From the NCBI GenBank assembly GCA_036479435.1, contig JAZGFI010000195.1:1-46953 (forward strand): DNA of 46,953 nt, written 5' to 3'. Numbering within the stretch: position 1 is the first letter of the stretch; each line of letters starts with the position of its first letter. A program made the translations under genes and the position numbers. The notes beneath the pieces are model-generated. The model saw nothing but the letters and a program-made list of their open reading frames with translations, did no database searches and was not told the origin of the DNA. Source of the stretch: Planctomycetota bacterium (GTDB lineage Bacteria > Planctomycetota > GCA-002687715 > DRQF01). This document shows positions 35,998 to 45,801 of this stretch, one piece after another.

Positions 35998-36770
35998 CCG
36001 CTCCGGCGCGAACCCAAGAACCCATCGGCTCTTTGATCGACATCGACGCCTTCGCGCTTGAGTTTTTTCTCAGTCTCTTTCAACTCGGACTTAATCTCCG
36101 CCCGCCCCAACTGGCGAAATTCCTCGACGAAGTAGGCTTCACCATAAAGAGCGCCGGTAATCATGCTTAGCAGCCCCGCCGCTTCAGGGCCTCGGTCCAC
36201 ACGACCTTGCAGCAGGCCGATCGCTCGGGGCAAGTTGCGCCCCGCCCAACTGGCGGCCGCAAAAGCCAAACTCAAAGTCCAGAGCAGGGACGATTCTTCG
36301 CATCCTTTGGGACTGCGAAAAGCCGCGTTCTCTTCGAGATCGTCCAAACTGGCGTTTAGCTCCCAAGCCTCGCGGCGGCGTAAGTTGATACCCAAGGAAA
36401 CGACGTCCTGAATCCGCTGGCGCAGAATTTGGAGGCTTCGGATCAAATCGGTCTCGCCCTTTTTCTCCGCCACGGCAATCCAGATGGGTAGCCACGCTCT
36501 TACGCGCTTAGAGAACCAAAAATGAAGGTGGTGTCCGGTTCCCGACTCACACAGGGCCGCGGCGACGAAAAGCCGCCAAAATGCCCGGACGACAGCCTTC
36601 CTGACTCCGGACTCTAGAAGCGTCCCAAACACATCTTCAGGGGGCCCCAACTCAGCCCGATCGTCTGGCAGAACGGTCGCAACTTGCACCAAGTCAAGTT
36701 CACAGGACAGATTCGCACCCGGGTGAGCCCAGGCTGCCGCCAACATCATGCCCCTTATTCGATCCTTCAA
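35994..36770 (-). CDS. Hypothetical protein with weak ADP-ribosylglycohydrolase-like termini
   Basis: GGAG RBS; MKDRIRGMML N-terminus and ITGALYG; catalytic acidic motifs absent; 4-nt overlap with nat. Confidence 0.5.
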   Translation of the reverse strand: MKDRIRGMMLAAAWAHPGANLSCELDLVQVATVLPDDRAELGPPEDVFGTLLESGVRKAVVRAFWRLFVAAALCESGTGHHLHFWFSKRVRAWLPIWIAVAEKKGETDLIRSLQILRQRIQDVVSLGINLRRREAWELNASLDDLEENAAFRSPKGCEESSLLWTLSLAFAAASWAGRNLPRAIGLLQGRVDRGPEAAGLLSMITGALYGEAYFVEEFRQLGRAEIKSELKETEKKLKREGVDVDQRADGFLGSRRSG

Positions 36771-36902
36771 TGGCCGCTCTCCTTGCGAACAGTATAGAGC
36801 GGGGGACTTGCGAGATCGATGCGCTCGGGCGACAGTTCACCCACAAGGATTCGCGAGATGGAATCTCGCCGGGAGCACTGAGAAAGAACTGGGACTATCA
36901 AC

Positions 36903-37679
36903 ATGCAAGGATTCGACATTGGAAACGTCTTGAGCAAGAGTTTTTCTTGCTTCGCACGCCATTGGACGCGCTTCGTTCTCCTCGTGGCCATCGTCATGCT
37001 CCCGGTGTTGATTGCCAATCTCTTCCTTATCTCCTCCCTGCAAGAGATCGAGCAGATGCAGGAGCTCGACCCCAACGACCAGCAGGCGGCGAAGGAGGCC
37101 ATGATGTTCCTCCTCTCCTTCATGGGTATCATGTGCGGGGTGATATTCTTGAACATCTGCCTGCAGTCTTTGGCCACGGCCAGCTTAGTCTACGGCACCT
37201 TCAAAGACATGCGCGGCCAGCCCGTCATCATCCGTGAGTGCCTGGGCATAGCGCTGAAGCGACTGCCAATGCTCATTTTGCTGAGCTTCGTAGTGGGAAT
37301 CGTCGTCGCCTTTGGCGCGCTGTTTTGCTGTGTCCCGGGCATCATCGCCTGGGTGTTCTTCTACCTCGTCATTCCGGCCGCCGTCGTCGAGAACTCCGGG
37401 CTCGGTTCCTTTGGTCGCAGCATCGAACTCGTAAAAGGCAGCTTTTGGCCGATCCTCGCCATCGGGCTGATCTTCGTGATCGGCATTGGCATGATCGGTA
37501 GCGGCGTGACTTCTCAGATCTTCGCGTTGATCGATGACCGCTTGGGGGTCATCATCGGCTGGCTAACCGGCATTTTCGCCACGACCATCATCGGGATTTC
37601 GCAAGCCGTCAGCTACCACGACATACGCGCTGCAAAAGAAGGTCTCGTGGATGAAGACATCGCCGCCATCTTTGATTGA
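36903..37679 (+). CDS. Integral membrane protein (GDPD membrane-domain-like, about 6 TM)
   Basis: FDIGNVLSKSF, CCVPGII, PAAVVE..SFGRSIELVKGSFW and YHDIRAAKEG motifs; type often found with MoxR/DUF58/RDD clusters. Confidence 0.75.
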   Translation: MQGFDIGNVLSKSFSCFARHWTRFVLLVAIVMLPVLIANLFLISSLQEIEQMQELDPNDQQAAKEAMMFLLSFMGIMCGVIFLNICLQSLATASLVYGTFKDMRGQPVIIRECLGIALKRLPMLILLSFVVGIVVAFGALFCCVPGIIAWVFFYLVIPAAVVENSGLGSFGRSIELVKGSFWPILAIGLIFVIGIGMIGSGVTSQIFALIDDRLGVIIGWLTGIFATTIIGISQAVSYHDIRAAKEGLVDEDIAAIFD

Positions 37680-37698
37680 TGAGGCGCTCGCGGCGAGG

Positions 37699-38589
37699 TT
37701 ACTCTTCGTAGCCGCGCTTGAATTCTTGACGATCGCCAAACAAGGCCTTCTTTTCGAGGCGCACACGTTGAGCACGATAAAAATCGTCAAGGAACGTTCG
37801 CGTGTCGACCTGTCGGCTGGGCGATCGCCACTTGATCTTGCTCGCAATTTTCTGGGCAACAATTTCGAGGCTAGACTTCTCGGCCTTGACTCCTTGCCGC
37901 AACAAATCTTCTAGGACTTGAAGTTCGTAAATGCCGTAGATGTCCAGCTGCTCCCGCGTAAAGCGATAAGTTGGCTGGTATTCTTCGCGGCGTTTGGCGT
38001 CGTCAACAAGGTCTGGCAATAGACGCGTCTTCGGATCTCGCACCACCAAGGTTCCGCCGACCATGTCGCCGAGGCGAAGCCGGTCTCGGTTGAAAGCGGG
38101 AATGAGTACCAAGACGATAGCCCACAGCACGCAAAGCGGCATAGCCCAACCGGGTAAGTCGCCGTAGATCGCCGACCCAAACAAGATGACTTTCATGGGT
38201 AACCACAGCTCAATCTCGCGCATGAAGTTGCGCGCGAAAACCGCAGCCGCAGTTAGCTCTCCGCCCTTGCTATCAATGACGCGGATCCTCGCCATGCGTT
38301 TTCCAACGGTGCGCCCGTGCCAACTGACTTCAAAATAGATGAACCAAAAATTCATCAGTAAAAACCAAAGCACCGTCATCGCGGCTAAAGCCCAACCGCC
38401 GATGTACATCCCGGACAGGACGACCCCAACCGCAAAGACGAAGACAACCGCGGCCAAAATCAAGAAATCGATCGTAAAGGCGTAGAGTCGCGACCCCGCG
38501 GGAGCAATTTCAAACTGGAGAGGCACGCCCTCGGGCGTGACAACGCGAGCCTCGCGGATCTCGGCTCTCCTCAGTGCGACGGCACTCAC
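37699..38589 (-). CDS. RDD family protein
   Basis: TPEGVPL, GSRLYAFTID, GRTVGKR and RLGDMVGGTLVV motifs; GTG start in a GTGA overlap. Confidence 0.9.
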   Translation of the reverse strand: MSAVALRRAEIREARVVTPEGVPLQFEIAPAGSRLYAFTIDFLILAAVVFVFAVGVVLSGMYIGGWALAAMTVLWFLLMNFWFIYFEVSWHGRTVGKRMARIRVIDSKGGELTAAAVFARNFMREIELWLPMKVILFGSAIYGDLPGWAMPLCVLWAIVLVLIPAFNRDRLRLGDMVGGTLVVRDPKTRLLPDLVDDAKRREEYQPTYRFTREQLDIYGIYELQVLEDLLRQGVKAEKSSLEIVAQKIASKIKWRSPSRQVDTRTFLDDFYRAQRVRLEKKALFGDRQEFKRGYEE

Positions 38590-39608
38590 CGTTGGCCTTC
38601 GATCTTGGCTTGGCTCCACCGGCCGCGGAATGCGAAATACCAGATCCAAGCCACCGCCGAAGCAGCGGCAAATCCGTAACGCAACAAAGGCGAAGTGACC
38701 ACCTGCCTCAAAACACCCTCGATGAATCCCGCCAGGCAAAACATGAAAACCGCGCCGAGCACAATGACACCGGCGCGGCGCCCCTCGATCGCCAGGTTCT
38801 CGATTCGCGTGAAGCGGCCGGGAAAAATGAGCGCTCGCGCGATAATAAACCCGGCGGCGCCGCACACCATGATGGCCAAAATCTCGGTGACGCCGTGGAT
38901 CAGCAGCCAACCCCACAAGTCGTAGCTGATGCCACGATTTGCGTGCAGCGCCCAAAATGCACCCAACATCAAACCATTCTGAAAGAGCAACAAGACCGTT
39001 GGCACTCCGGCCAAAAAGCCCAAGGCAAAAGCTAAAATTCCGATTCCCGCGTTGTGATTGAAAAGCGACGCCGAGAAAATCGCTAGCTCTTCACCGTCGC
39101 GATCGCCCTCGTCGTAGAGCACCGACAACAACTCTTCACGACTTGATTGCGGGCCGCGTTCTTGGGCAAGGGAGCGGTCGACAAAGGAGTAAAAGCGACC
39201 TTCGTCTTGCCGCACTGTGCGATAGCCAACCATCGTGCCGGCAAAAACGACGGCCATCGAAAGGACGAGCTCTCGTCGGTATCGCCACATCATTCCGGGA
39301 AAAAGGTGCACAAAGAAGTCGATGATCGCCGTGCTGAGACGCGACTTAGTGCCGTAGACACAAAAATAGGCGCGCTGCGTTAAGGCTTCTAGAAACTCGA
39401 CGACGTTGCGGTCTAAGGAGATCGATCGTGCCACCGAAAGCGATGAAAGCGTGGCGCGGTAAAGCTGAGGCAACTCCTCCAGTTCGCGCGCGCTCAGCGA
39501 CTTGATGCCACTGCTCTCCACCCGGAGGACGAGCTTTTCCAAACGCCTCCAGATCTTTTCACGCTCGCGACGAAACTCGTAGCTCTTGAGAACGAAGCCG
39601 GTACCCAT
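38586..39608 (-). CDS. Stage II sporulation protein M (SpoIIM/DUF95) family membrane protein
   Basis: LYRATLSSLSVAR, HNAGI, NGLMLG, IHGVTE and AGFIEG motifs. Confidence 0.9.
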   Translation of the reverse strand: MGTGFVLKSYEFRREREKIWRRLEKLVLRVESSGIKSLSARELEELPQLYRATLSSLSVARSISLDRNVVEFLEALTQRAYFCVYGTKSRLSTAIIDFFVHLFPGMMWRYRRELVLSMAVVFAGTMVGYRTVRQDEGRFYSFVDRSLAQERGPQSSREELLSVLYDEGDRDGEELAIFSASLFNHNAGIGILAFALGFLAGVPTVLLLFQNGLMLGAFWALHANRGISYDLWGWLLIHGVTEILAIMVCGAAGFIIARALIFPGRFTRIENLAIEGRRAGVIVLGAVFMFCLAGFIEGVLRQVVTSPLLRYGFAAASAVAWIWYFAFRGRWSQAKIEGQR

Positions 39609-39609
39609 C

Positions 39610-40920
39610 TTAAACCAACTCTCGGCGTTTGATGGTGAGGTACTCGCTGATCAACGCCGCAGACAACTCGCGCGGATGCACATCGATCGTGTGAATTCCG
39701 AATCGCTCCAGCTTGCTCAAGACTTTTCGTCGTTCCCTAAGAATATCGGTGGCAACCACGGCTCGATTCAAGGCGAGGTCGCCCTCGGGGCGAGCGCGTG
39801 ACAGATCTTCGAGATCGGGATCGCGCATGGTGACGAAGATGACGACGTGTCGTGCGCTAAGGCGGCTGAGATTCTCCACCATCAACTCCGCGCCAATGGT
39901 GTCATTGAACTCAGTGAATAAAATGACCAACGAACGGCGCTTAAGCCGCGTCGCCAAATCCGTCAGGCCGAGCGTGAAATTCGTTTCTGCGCTGCCGTAC
40001 TCTATCTCAGCCGCTTTCTGCTGGAGATGTTGAATAGAGTGGACACCCGCCTCGGCGGCCGAATAGAGCCGCACGGCATCATCGAAGGCAAAGAGCGCCG
40101 CGCGGTCTCCCGTCTTCAGCACGCAGTAAGCGAGCAACAACGCTGAGTTCACCGAGTGGTCCAAGCGCGACAATCCGGCGATCGGCTCGGACATGGTGTG
40201 CCCCGTGTCCAAGGCGAAGATCACCTGGTGATTGCGCTCAGCCCTGAACTCCCGCACCAAAAGTTTCCGGTGACGCGCCGACGCTTTCCAGTCCAGATGG
40301 CGATGGTCCATGCCCGGCAAGAACTCTCGCAAGTTGTCGAACTCGGAACCATCACCGGCATAACGCTCAACTTTCAGACCACTCAGGAAGTTCGGGTCGT
40401 TGAAAAATCGGATTGCGGCGGCCTTGACCGCACGGGTGTTCGGAACGACGGGAAACACAAGCTCGTCGTGCTGAGTGACGGTTCGAAGAGCCAGTCCCAA
40501 GGGCCCCGGCCAACGCATCCAAATGCGATAGATCTTGAAGTCACCGCGCCGCTTGGCGCGCACGGCCCAAGCTTGCTCAGAGTCGCCTGAAGGCAGAGTT
40601 TCTGCAGCAGGATGGGCCACCTCAAGTTGGGGATCGCTGTCTACTTTTAACTCGAGCGGCCAGGGCCTCGCCATCGTGTTCTGAAATCGGACTAGCAGGG
40701 TCTCCGGCTCGCCGATGTAGACCCTTGACGGCGGTTCGGCCTCCAGTTTGAATCTTCGAGCTCGGGGCAGCAAGGCCGCATCGATCGCGAACGCCAAGAC
40801 CAACAAGCCCAAGAGCGCCACCCAAAGTGGCCAAAGCGCGGGAACCCCCATTGCCGGCAGCAGCGCCGGAATGAGCAAGAGTCCCAAAAGCACGAGCATC
40901 TTGGTCGACGGTCGGATCAT
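39610..40920 (-). CDS. DUF58 (vWA-like) protein
   Basis: [26 protein letters not shown] and LDTG motifs; N-terminal TM pair; ATGA overlap with moxR. Confidence 0.92.
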   Translation of the reverse strand: MIRPSTKMLVLLGLLLIPALLPAMGVPALWPLWVALLGLLVLAFAIDAALLPRARRFKLEAEPPSRVYIGEPETLLVRFQNTMARPWPLELKVDSDPQLEVAHPAAETLPSGDSEQAWAVRAKRRGDFKIYRIWMRWPGPLGLALRTVTQHDELVFPVVPNTRAVKAAAIRFFNDPNFLSGLKVERYAGDGSEFDNLREFLPGMDHRHLDWKASARHRKLLVREFRAERNHQVIFALDTGHTMSEPIAGLSRLDHSVNSALLLAYCVLKTGDRAALFAFDDAVRLYSAAEAGVHSIQHLQQKAAEIEYGSAETNFTLGLTDLATRLKRRSLVILFTEFNDTIGAELMVENLSRLSARHVVIFVTMRDPDLEDLSRARPEGDLALNRAVVATDILRERRKVLSKLERFGIHTIDVHPRELSAALISEYLTIKRRELV

Positions 40921-41873
40921 CGAGGAGCGGGAACTTGGTCGAGGACGGCGCGAATGACATCGCGGGCGCGGTGACCGTCGATTTCTGAACCCGGTGCCAT
41001 GACCACGCGGTGAGCGAGTGTCGGCAAGGCCAGTTCTTTGACGTCGTCCGGGATGACGAACTCTCGACCTTGCATCGCGGCCCAAGCCCGCGAAGCGCTC
41101 GCCAGCATATTGGCCGCGCGCGGCGAAGCGCCACACAACAAGGCGGCATCGTCGCGCGTTGCTCGCACGATGTCGACAATGTAGTCGATCATCTCATCAG
41201 AGAGCCGCAACTGCCGCACCGTGGCCCGCGCCGCCTCAAGAGTGGCGAGATCAGCCACCGTTTCGAGACCGAAATCGTCGAGGTGAGGCATCGCGGTGCG
41301 CTGGCCGTGAGTCGCGACCATGGCGCGTTCGGCGTCGCGACTTGGATAGTCGACATCTACCTTGAACAAAAAGCGGTCTAACTGCGCTTCGGGCAAGGGA
41401 TAGGTTCCCTCTTGCTCAATGGGGTTCTGAGTCGCAACGACCAAAAACCCTGCCCCCAACTCATGTCTCGTTCCATCGAGCGTGACAGAGCGCTCTTGCA
41501 TCGCCTCTAGTAGGGCCGCCTGAGTCTTCGGTGCCGTTCGGTTGATCTCATCTGCCAGAAGCAGTTGAGTAAAAATAGGACCTTTGGTCAGCGTAAAAGT
41601 CGCGGTCTTGAAGTCGTAGAGATTGGTCCCCAAGACGTCCCCTGGCATCAAGTCCGGGGTGAACTGAATGCGGCTGAAGTCCAGGTCAAGACAGCAGGCG
41701 AAAGTTCGCGCCAACAGAGTTTTCGCCGTACCGGGAACGCCTTCCAGCAAGACATGGCCTTCCGCCAAGAGCGCAGTCAACATCAAGTCTACGACTCGAT
41801 CTTGGCCAATGACGACGCGGCCTACTTGCTCCCGTAGGCGGCTAGCGGCGACTGTTATCGACTCCAATTCCAT
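40917..41873 (-). CDS. moxR: MoxR-family AAA+ ATPase
   Basis: GVPGTAKT (Walker A), [42 protein letters not shown] and GASPR motifs. Confidence 0.96.
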   Translation of the reverse strand: MELESITVAASRLREQVGRVVIGQDRVVDLMLTALLAEGHVLLEGVPGTAKTLLARTFACCLDLDFSRIQFTPDLMPGDVLGTNLYDFKTATFTLTKGPIFTQLLLADEINRTAPKTQAALLEAMQERSVTLDGTRHELGAGFLVVATQNPIEQEGTYPLPEAQLDRFLFKVDVDYPSRDAERAMVATHGQRTAMPHLDDFGLETVADLATLEAARATVRQLRLSDEMIDYIVDIVRATRDDAALLCGASPRAANMLASASRAWAAMQGREFVIPDDVKELALPTLAHRVVMAPGSEIDGHRARDVIRAVLDQVPAPR

Positions 41874-43119
41874 CGATCATCTCCCTTCGCCAACGGTAAA
41901 GACGAGTTGCGAGTTCTCGCCCCTGAGTTCCGAGGGCCTTATGTTTCTTTTGTCCCTTGACGAGCCTTCCGAGCTCGCCGATGTGATCTTTTGTTTGACG
42001 CGATTGCTCGATTCTCTCGAGGGTTTCTGTTTGCTTGGCTTTCTCCGCTGGCTGACCAGAACGAAGGGACTGCCAAACTTCGTCAGTTGACTGCTCGTGG
42101 TAGCGCTGCAAACTGTGGTGACTGTATCCGCCCAGGGCCAACAAGCGAGCGGTGTTCTCGATGAGATAGGACTTGCCCAAGGCCAGAGTCCTCTTGACGG
42201 GCTCTGGTTGCCCAAAGCGCCCCATCGATTTCCAAAGTGCCGCCAACAGCAGCAGCAAGCCGGTGATAGAAACCAAAACCAGCGGGAACCTCAAAAGTTC
42301 GCGCCAAAAGCTCTCGGGGGCAGCAATGCCGTGCATCGACTCGTCAAAAACTAAGGCGCTATCGCCTTCTCGCAAGTCGCTCAGCAGGTGATAGACAAGT
42401 TCAAGATTCTCGCCCGTTCCAATCCCGTGATTGGCCATCAAGTCCGGGTCGGACAGCACAAAGAACTTACCCCATTGAGTCTCAACCGCACCGAGCAAGA
42501 TCCCCTCTTTCGCCTCGATGATCGCTTCCAATTGCTGGCTTCGTACGAGCTGCGGTGCCTCAAGGTGAGGTTGGATTCCGTAACGATTGGTCGTGAACTC
42601 AAGTTTGTTTGCGTCAAAGTCGTCTTGGTTCATGGGCTCGCGTTGCGATATGCGAGTGACTTCGCCACTGATCCCTGCGGCTTCCAAAACGCGGACGCAG
42701 AGGCCCTCGTCAACAAAACCCGTGCGACCAAGCCAACGCTTGTTGTCTTTGCCTGCGGTCCCTCTACGCTTCGGCAACACCAAGAGTCTTGCGTGTGACT
42801 CACTCAACAGCAGCGCCAAAGTCTCCCAGCGTTCCTCGTCGTCTTCCGGCAAGACGGGTTCTGCGACAATCAACACATCGCCGTCGATCACGCGATCGAG
42901 AGTATTGGCCGTCGAGCGAATAACGGTCCAACCGTAGTTCTCAAAGGTCGCGGCAACCGCATGGTGGCCGATTGCCGAGATGCTCGACGAGTCGGCGTCG
43001 ACGGAGCCGGGAGAAAACACATCCGCGAACACCAAGAGCAAAAGCCCCCCCAGAAACGACACTCCCAATAAGGAGACGATCCAGACGATGCTAGTGCTAG
43101 AAAAAGACGATGGCTTCAT
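41842..43119 (-). CDS. DUF4350-domain membrane protein
   Basis: N-terminal [24 protein letters not shown], second TM and RFGQP. Confidence 0.8.
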   Translation of the reverse strand: MKPSSFSSTSIVWIVSLLGVSFLGGLLLLVFADVFSPGSVDADSSSISAIGHHAVAATFENYGWTVIRSTANTLDRVIDGDVLIVAEPVLPEDDEERWETLALLLSESHARLLVLPKRRGTAGKDNKRWLGRTGFVDEGLCVRVLEAAGISGEVTRISQREPMNQDDFDANKLEFTTNRYGIQPHLEAPQLVRSQQLEAIIEAKEGILLGAVETQWGKFFVLSDPDLMANHGIGTGENLELVYHLLSDLREGDSALVFDESMHGIAAPESFWRELLRFPLVLVSITGLLLLLAALWKSMGRFGQPEPVKRTLALGKSYLIENTARLLALGGYSHHSLQRYHEQSTDEVWQSLRSGQPAEKAKQTETLERIEQSRQTKDHIGELGRLVKGQKKHKALGTQGRELATRLYRWRREMIDGIGVDNSRR

Positions 43120-43772
43120 GATCGAGGCACCCGCAGCGCCTGAACGAAGGCCTCGTAGCTCTGCAAGCTGCGCTCAAAATCTTCGGGCGTCGGGTCGGAA
43201 TCGCCGAAATGGCTAACTTCTACGGTGGAGACGAGCCCCACAAGGGCAGTTTTTGCCCCCGGCGCGAGCTCGATTCGCCCCAAGATCTCGCGGCTGGTCC
43301 AAGAGGGATCGAGCTCAATCTTGCTGAGGCGCCCAAGCGACTGGAGCGTTTGTATCAACAGCAAGTGGATGGCCTCGGCCAAGGCCCCTGCGCCAGCCAT
43401 CGCCTTGATTCTCTCAAGGTCGATATCCAGGTCTTCCACCTTGATGAGCGGGCCAGATACAAGTTCGTCTTTTTCAATGGATGAGTCGAGGCGATGACGC
43501 CGCCGAGCCAAGATCAATCTGACGAGCATCGTCACGAGGAACACGACCACCGCGGCCAAAAAGATCCAAGCCAAGATCTCGAACAAGACAGCGACGAAGG
43601 ACGGGATTTCGAAATGCGGGAAAGTATCCGGCTCGGGAAGGGAATTTTGATATTCCTCCGCTCGCAGAGCTTCCCGATAGGCCTCTGCGAGCTCTGCTGG
43701 AGGCTCAGACTGCGGAAGTCTCGTTAGTAACTCTCCGCTAGGCCAAAGCGCCGAGGAATCGGCTAACGCCAA
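43116..43772 (-). CDS. DUF4129-domain membrane protein
   Basis: One TM; AEAIHLLL, SWTSRE and EVSHFG motifs. Likely TTG start at 43772 overlaps the cytochrome stop. Confidence 0.8.
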   Translation of the reverse strand: MALADSSALWPSGELLTRLPQSEPPAELAEAYREALRAEEYQNSLPEPDTFPHFEIPSFVAVLFEILAWIFLAAVVVFLVTMLVRLILARRRHRLDSSIEKDELVSGPLIKVEDLDIDLERIKAMAGAGALAEAIHLLLIQTLQSLGRLSKIELDPSWTSREILGRIELAPGAKTALVGLVSTVEVSHFGDSDPTPEDFERSLQSYEAFVQALRVPRS

Positions 43773-45742
43773 TGGAATCGCGTTTTCTGTTCCACATGGC
43801 ATTTGCGGCACGAAGCTTCGTCTTCCTTCGGAATATGGATCTCGGCCAGACTCTTCGCCGTCCAGACTCCCTCAGTATGACACTCTTCGCAACGTTTGCC
43901 CGCCGTCCAATCTTGATGGCCTCGGCTCATGTGCCGGAAGGTCGTGTCGGCGTGACGTTTCCAGATCTTCGGCTGAGTTGTGCCGAAGTAGCTCGGATCG
44001 CCCTCGCGGTGGCACTCGTTGCAATCGCCACTGTCCATTGACCCGTCGCCGCCGATGTTTTGGTGAACTGAGTGGCAGGCCGTGCAATCCTTGATATCGG
44101 AGGCCGTCACCGGGTTGGGCGCGATCTGTCCTTCGACGGAGGGGAAGGTATGACAGGCAAAGCATCCGCCGGCGAGGTCTTGGTGCAAAGAGTGCGGGAA
44201 ATCTGTTCGATTCACGATCGCACCGGCCTCAATCACTTTAAGCGGTGCTTTGGGTTTGTGGCACTCCGCGCAGGCGTCATCGACGTAGGACTCCGCCATA
44301 GCGTTACCCAGATTCTCCGCCCCGGCGAGTTCACGATGGCACTGCATGCAGTCGCCGCGACCGGTCTGCCCTTTCACTAGGCCACTGACGCGGAGCTTAC
44401 CGGCTTCATCGCCGGGTTGAACGTCCCAACTGTGCGTTTGGTGCTCGAAGATGCGCGCCTTCAGGCGGCCTTCACCTTGAAGCTCCGCACCATTTTTGTG
44501 GCACTCGATACAGGCGTCTTTACCATTCGGATCCACGACGCGCGCGGTCAAGAACTCGTGGTGAGCTTGGCTGTCGAACTCGTAGCGGTATTCGCGAGGA
44601 GTGTGGGGACTGGTCTTCATTTCATCGCTGAAGAGCTTGGTGTGGCAAGTCTCACACTTTTGCTTGGCATCCTCGGTGCCGTGCCAACGCACGGTGAACG
44701 TCGTCTCAGAACGCAGGGCAACCGTCGCATCCTTAGCGTGACAGGCCATGCAGGCGTCATAGTCGACCGGGATAAACTCCCGCATGCGGCCGTCGACAAG
44801 CGTCTGCCCCTCACTCATCTTATGGCAGCTTGAGCAATCTAGCTCCGCGCCATTCGCGGCGGCCTTTTTGTAGTGATCTTCGTGCGAAAAAGTGTCGTAG
44901 AACAAGGGCACGTCGACAAGGTGCCGGTCGCCGACCGGACGGGCCGTCGGGGCCATCGACTTATCTGCTTCATGGCATCCCGCGCAAGATTCCTCCGCAG
45001 GCACCGCAATCAAAGCCATCTCGCCTTGGCCGCGGTGATCGATGTGGCAGTGCACGCATGCCTGTTCCCAGGCATTCGCATCGCCGTAGAAAGGATGGTG
45101 CCCAACGTCGATATCTTCGGCGTGACAGCTCATGCACTTACCGGCGGGAGTACCGTTAAAGGCGTCGTGGCAGGCATTACAGTCTTGGGCGTCTTCACCC
45201 AAGGTCGCAAGCTGAGCGTGGTAGGCCGACATTTGATCGTGGTAAGTCGGCCCGGGCTCCATGACCGCGTCACTAGTGCTGCCCAAAAAACACAGAGGCA
45301 GCGCAATAAGTGCCGCGCCAATCGCCAGGTAGTTTCCAAGACTCAAAGGGCGAAAACGGCCAAATCCGACTTCCTTACGCGACCAAGCTAAGGCGTCTTT
45401 TTTGTCGTCGTAGTAAAAAGCACCCTTGATGGTTAGCAGCAACTCGTCGTTTTCGACGTCGATCTTCGCGACGATGCGCGTGACGCCGATGATGATCTCC
45501 GAGCCGTCTTCGATCGGTGTTCGGCCCTTCGTGGCCACACCGTCGACAAAGGTGCCTACGGAGGTTCCGAGGTCCTCGACCAAGAAGTTCCCGCCACCGG
45601 GCCCGTGGATGGCGCAGTGCTCCTCGGCGGCCATGGGATCGCTGATCGAGTACGCACACGACGAACGGGTGCCAACCGTCAGCATGGCCCCTTCGCGGAC
45701 GATGTCGTCTTTGCGTTTTTCTTTGACGGTGAACTTCGCCAA
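43763..45742 (-). CDS. FHA domain - TM - multiheme cytochrome c (15 CxxCH)
   Basis: N-terminal FHA-like fold (EDLGTSVGTFVDG, IEDGSEIIIG); one TM; 15 CxxCH motifs counted; c3-like FSHEDH, FEHQTH and FPHSLH distal His motifs. Confidence 0.9.
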   Translation of the reverse strand: MAKFTVKEKRKDDIVREGAMLTVGTRSSCAYSISDPMAAEEHCAIHGPGGGNFLVEDLGTSVGTFVDGVATKGRTPIEDGSEIIIGVTRIVAKIDVENDELLLTIKGAFYYDDKKDALAWSRKEVGFGRFRPLSLGNYLAIGAALIALPLCFLGSTSDAVMEPGPTYHDQMSAYHAQLATLGEDAQDCNACHDAFNGTPAGKCMSCHAEDIDVGHHPFYGDANAWEQACVHCHIDHRGQGEMALIAVPAEESCAGCHEADKSMAPTARPVGDRHLVDVPLFYDTFSHEDHYKKAAANGAELDCSSCHKMSEGQTLVDGRMREFIPVDYDACMACHAKDATVALRSETTFTVRWHGTEDAKQKCETCHTKLFSDEMKTSPHTPREYRYEFDSQAHHEFLTARVVDPNGKDACIECHKNGAELQGEGRLKARIFEHQTHSWDVQPGDEAGKLRVSGLVKGQTGRGDCMQCHRELAGAENLGNAMAESYVDDACAECHKPKAPLKVIEAGAIVNRTDFPHSLHQDLAGGCFACHTFPSVEGQIAPNPVTASDIKDCTACHSVHQNIGGDGSMDSGDCNECHREGDPSYFGTTQPKIWKRHADTTFRHMSRGHQDWTAGKRCEECHTEGVWTAKSLAEIHIPKEDEASCRKCHVEQKTRFHWR

Positions 45743-45801
45743 GATTTTTCCTCATGCGCGGGCAAGAACCCGCGAGTTTTGTGCAGCGGCTTAGGCCGTC
45801 G

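Noticed and set aside
38586..39608. SpoIIM as evidence of sporulation
   Set aside because: The family is widespread in non-sporulating bacteria within this MoxR cluster.
38590..41136. Long 5' extensions of the RDD (to 38955) and DUF58 (to 41136) ORFs
   Set aside because: They are Arg-rich shadow translations over spoIIM and moxR; coupled starts at 38589 and 40920 fit better.
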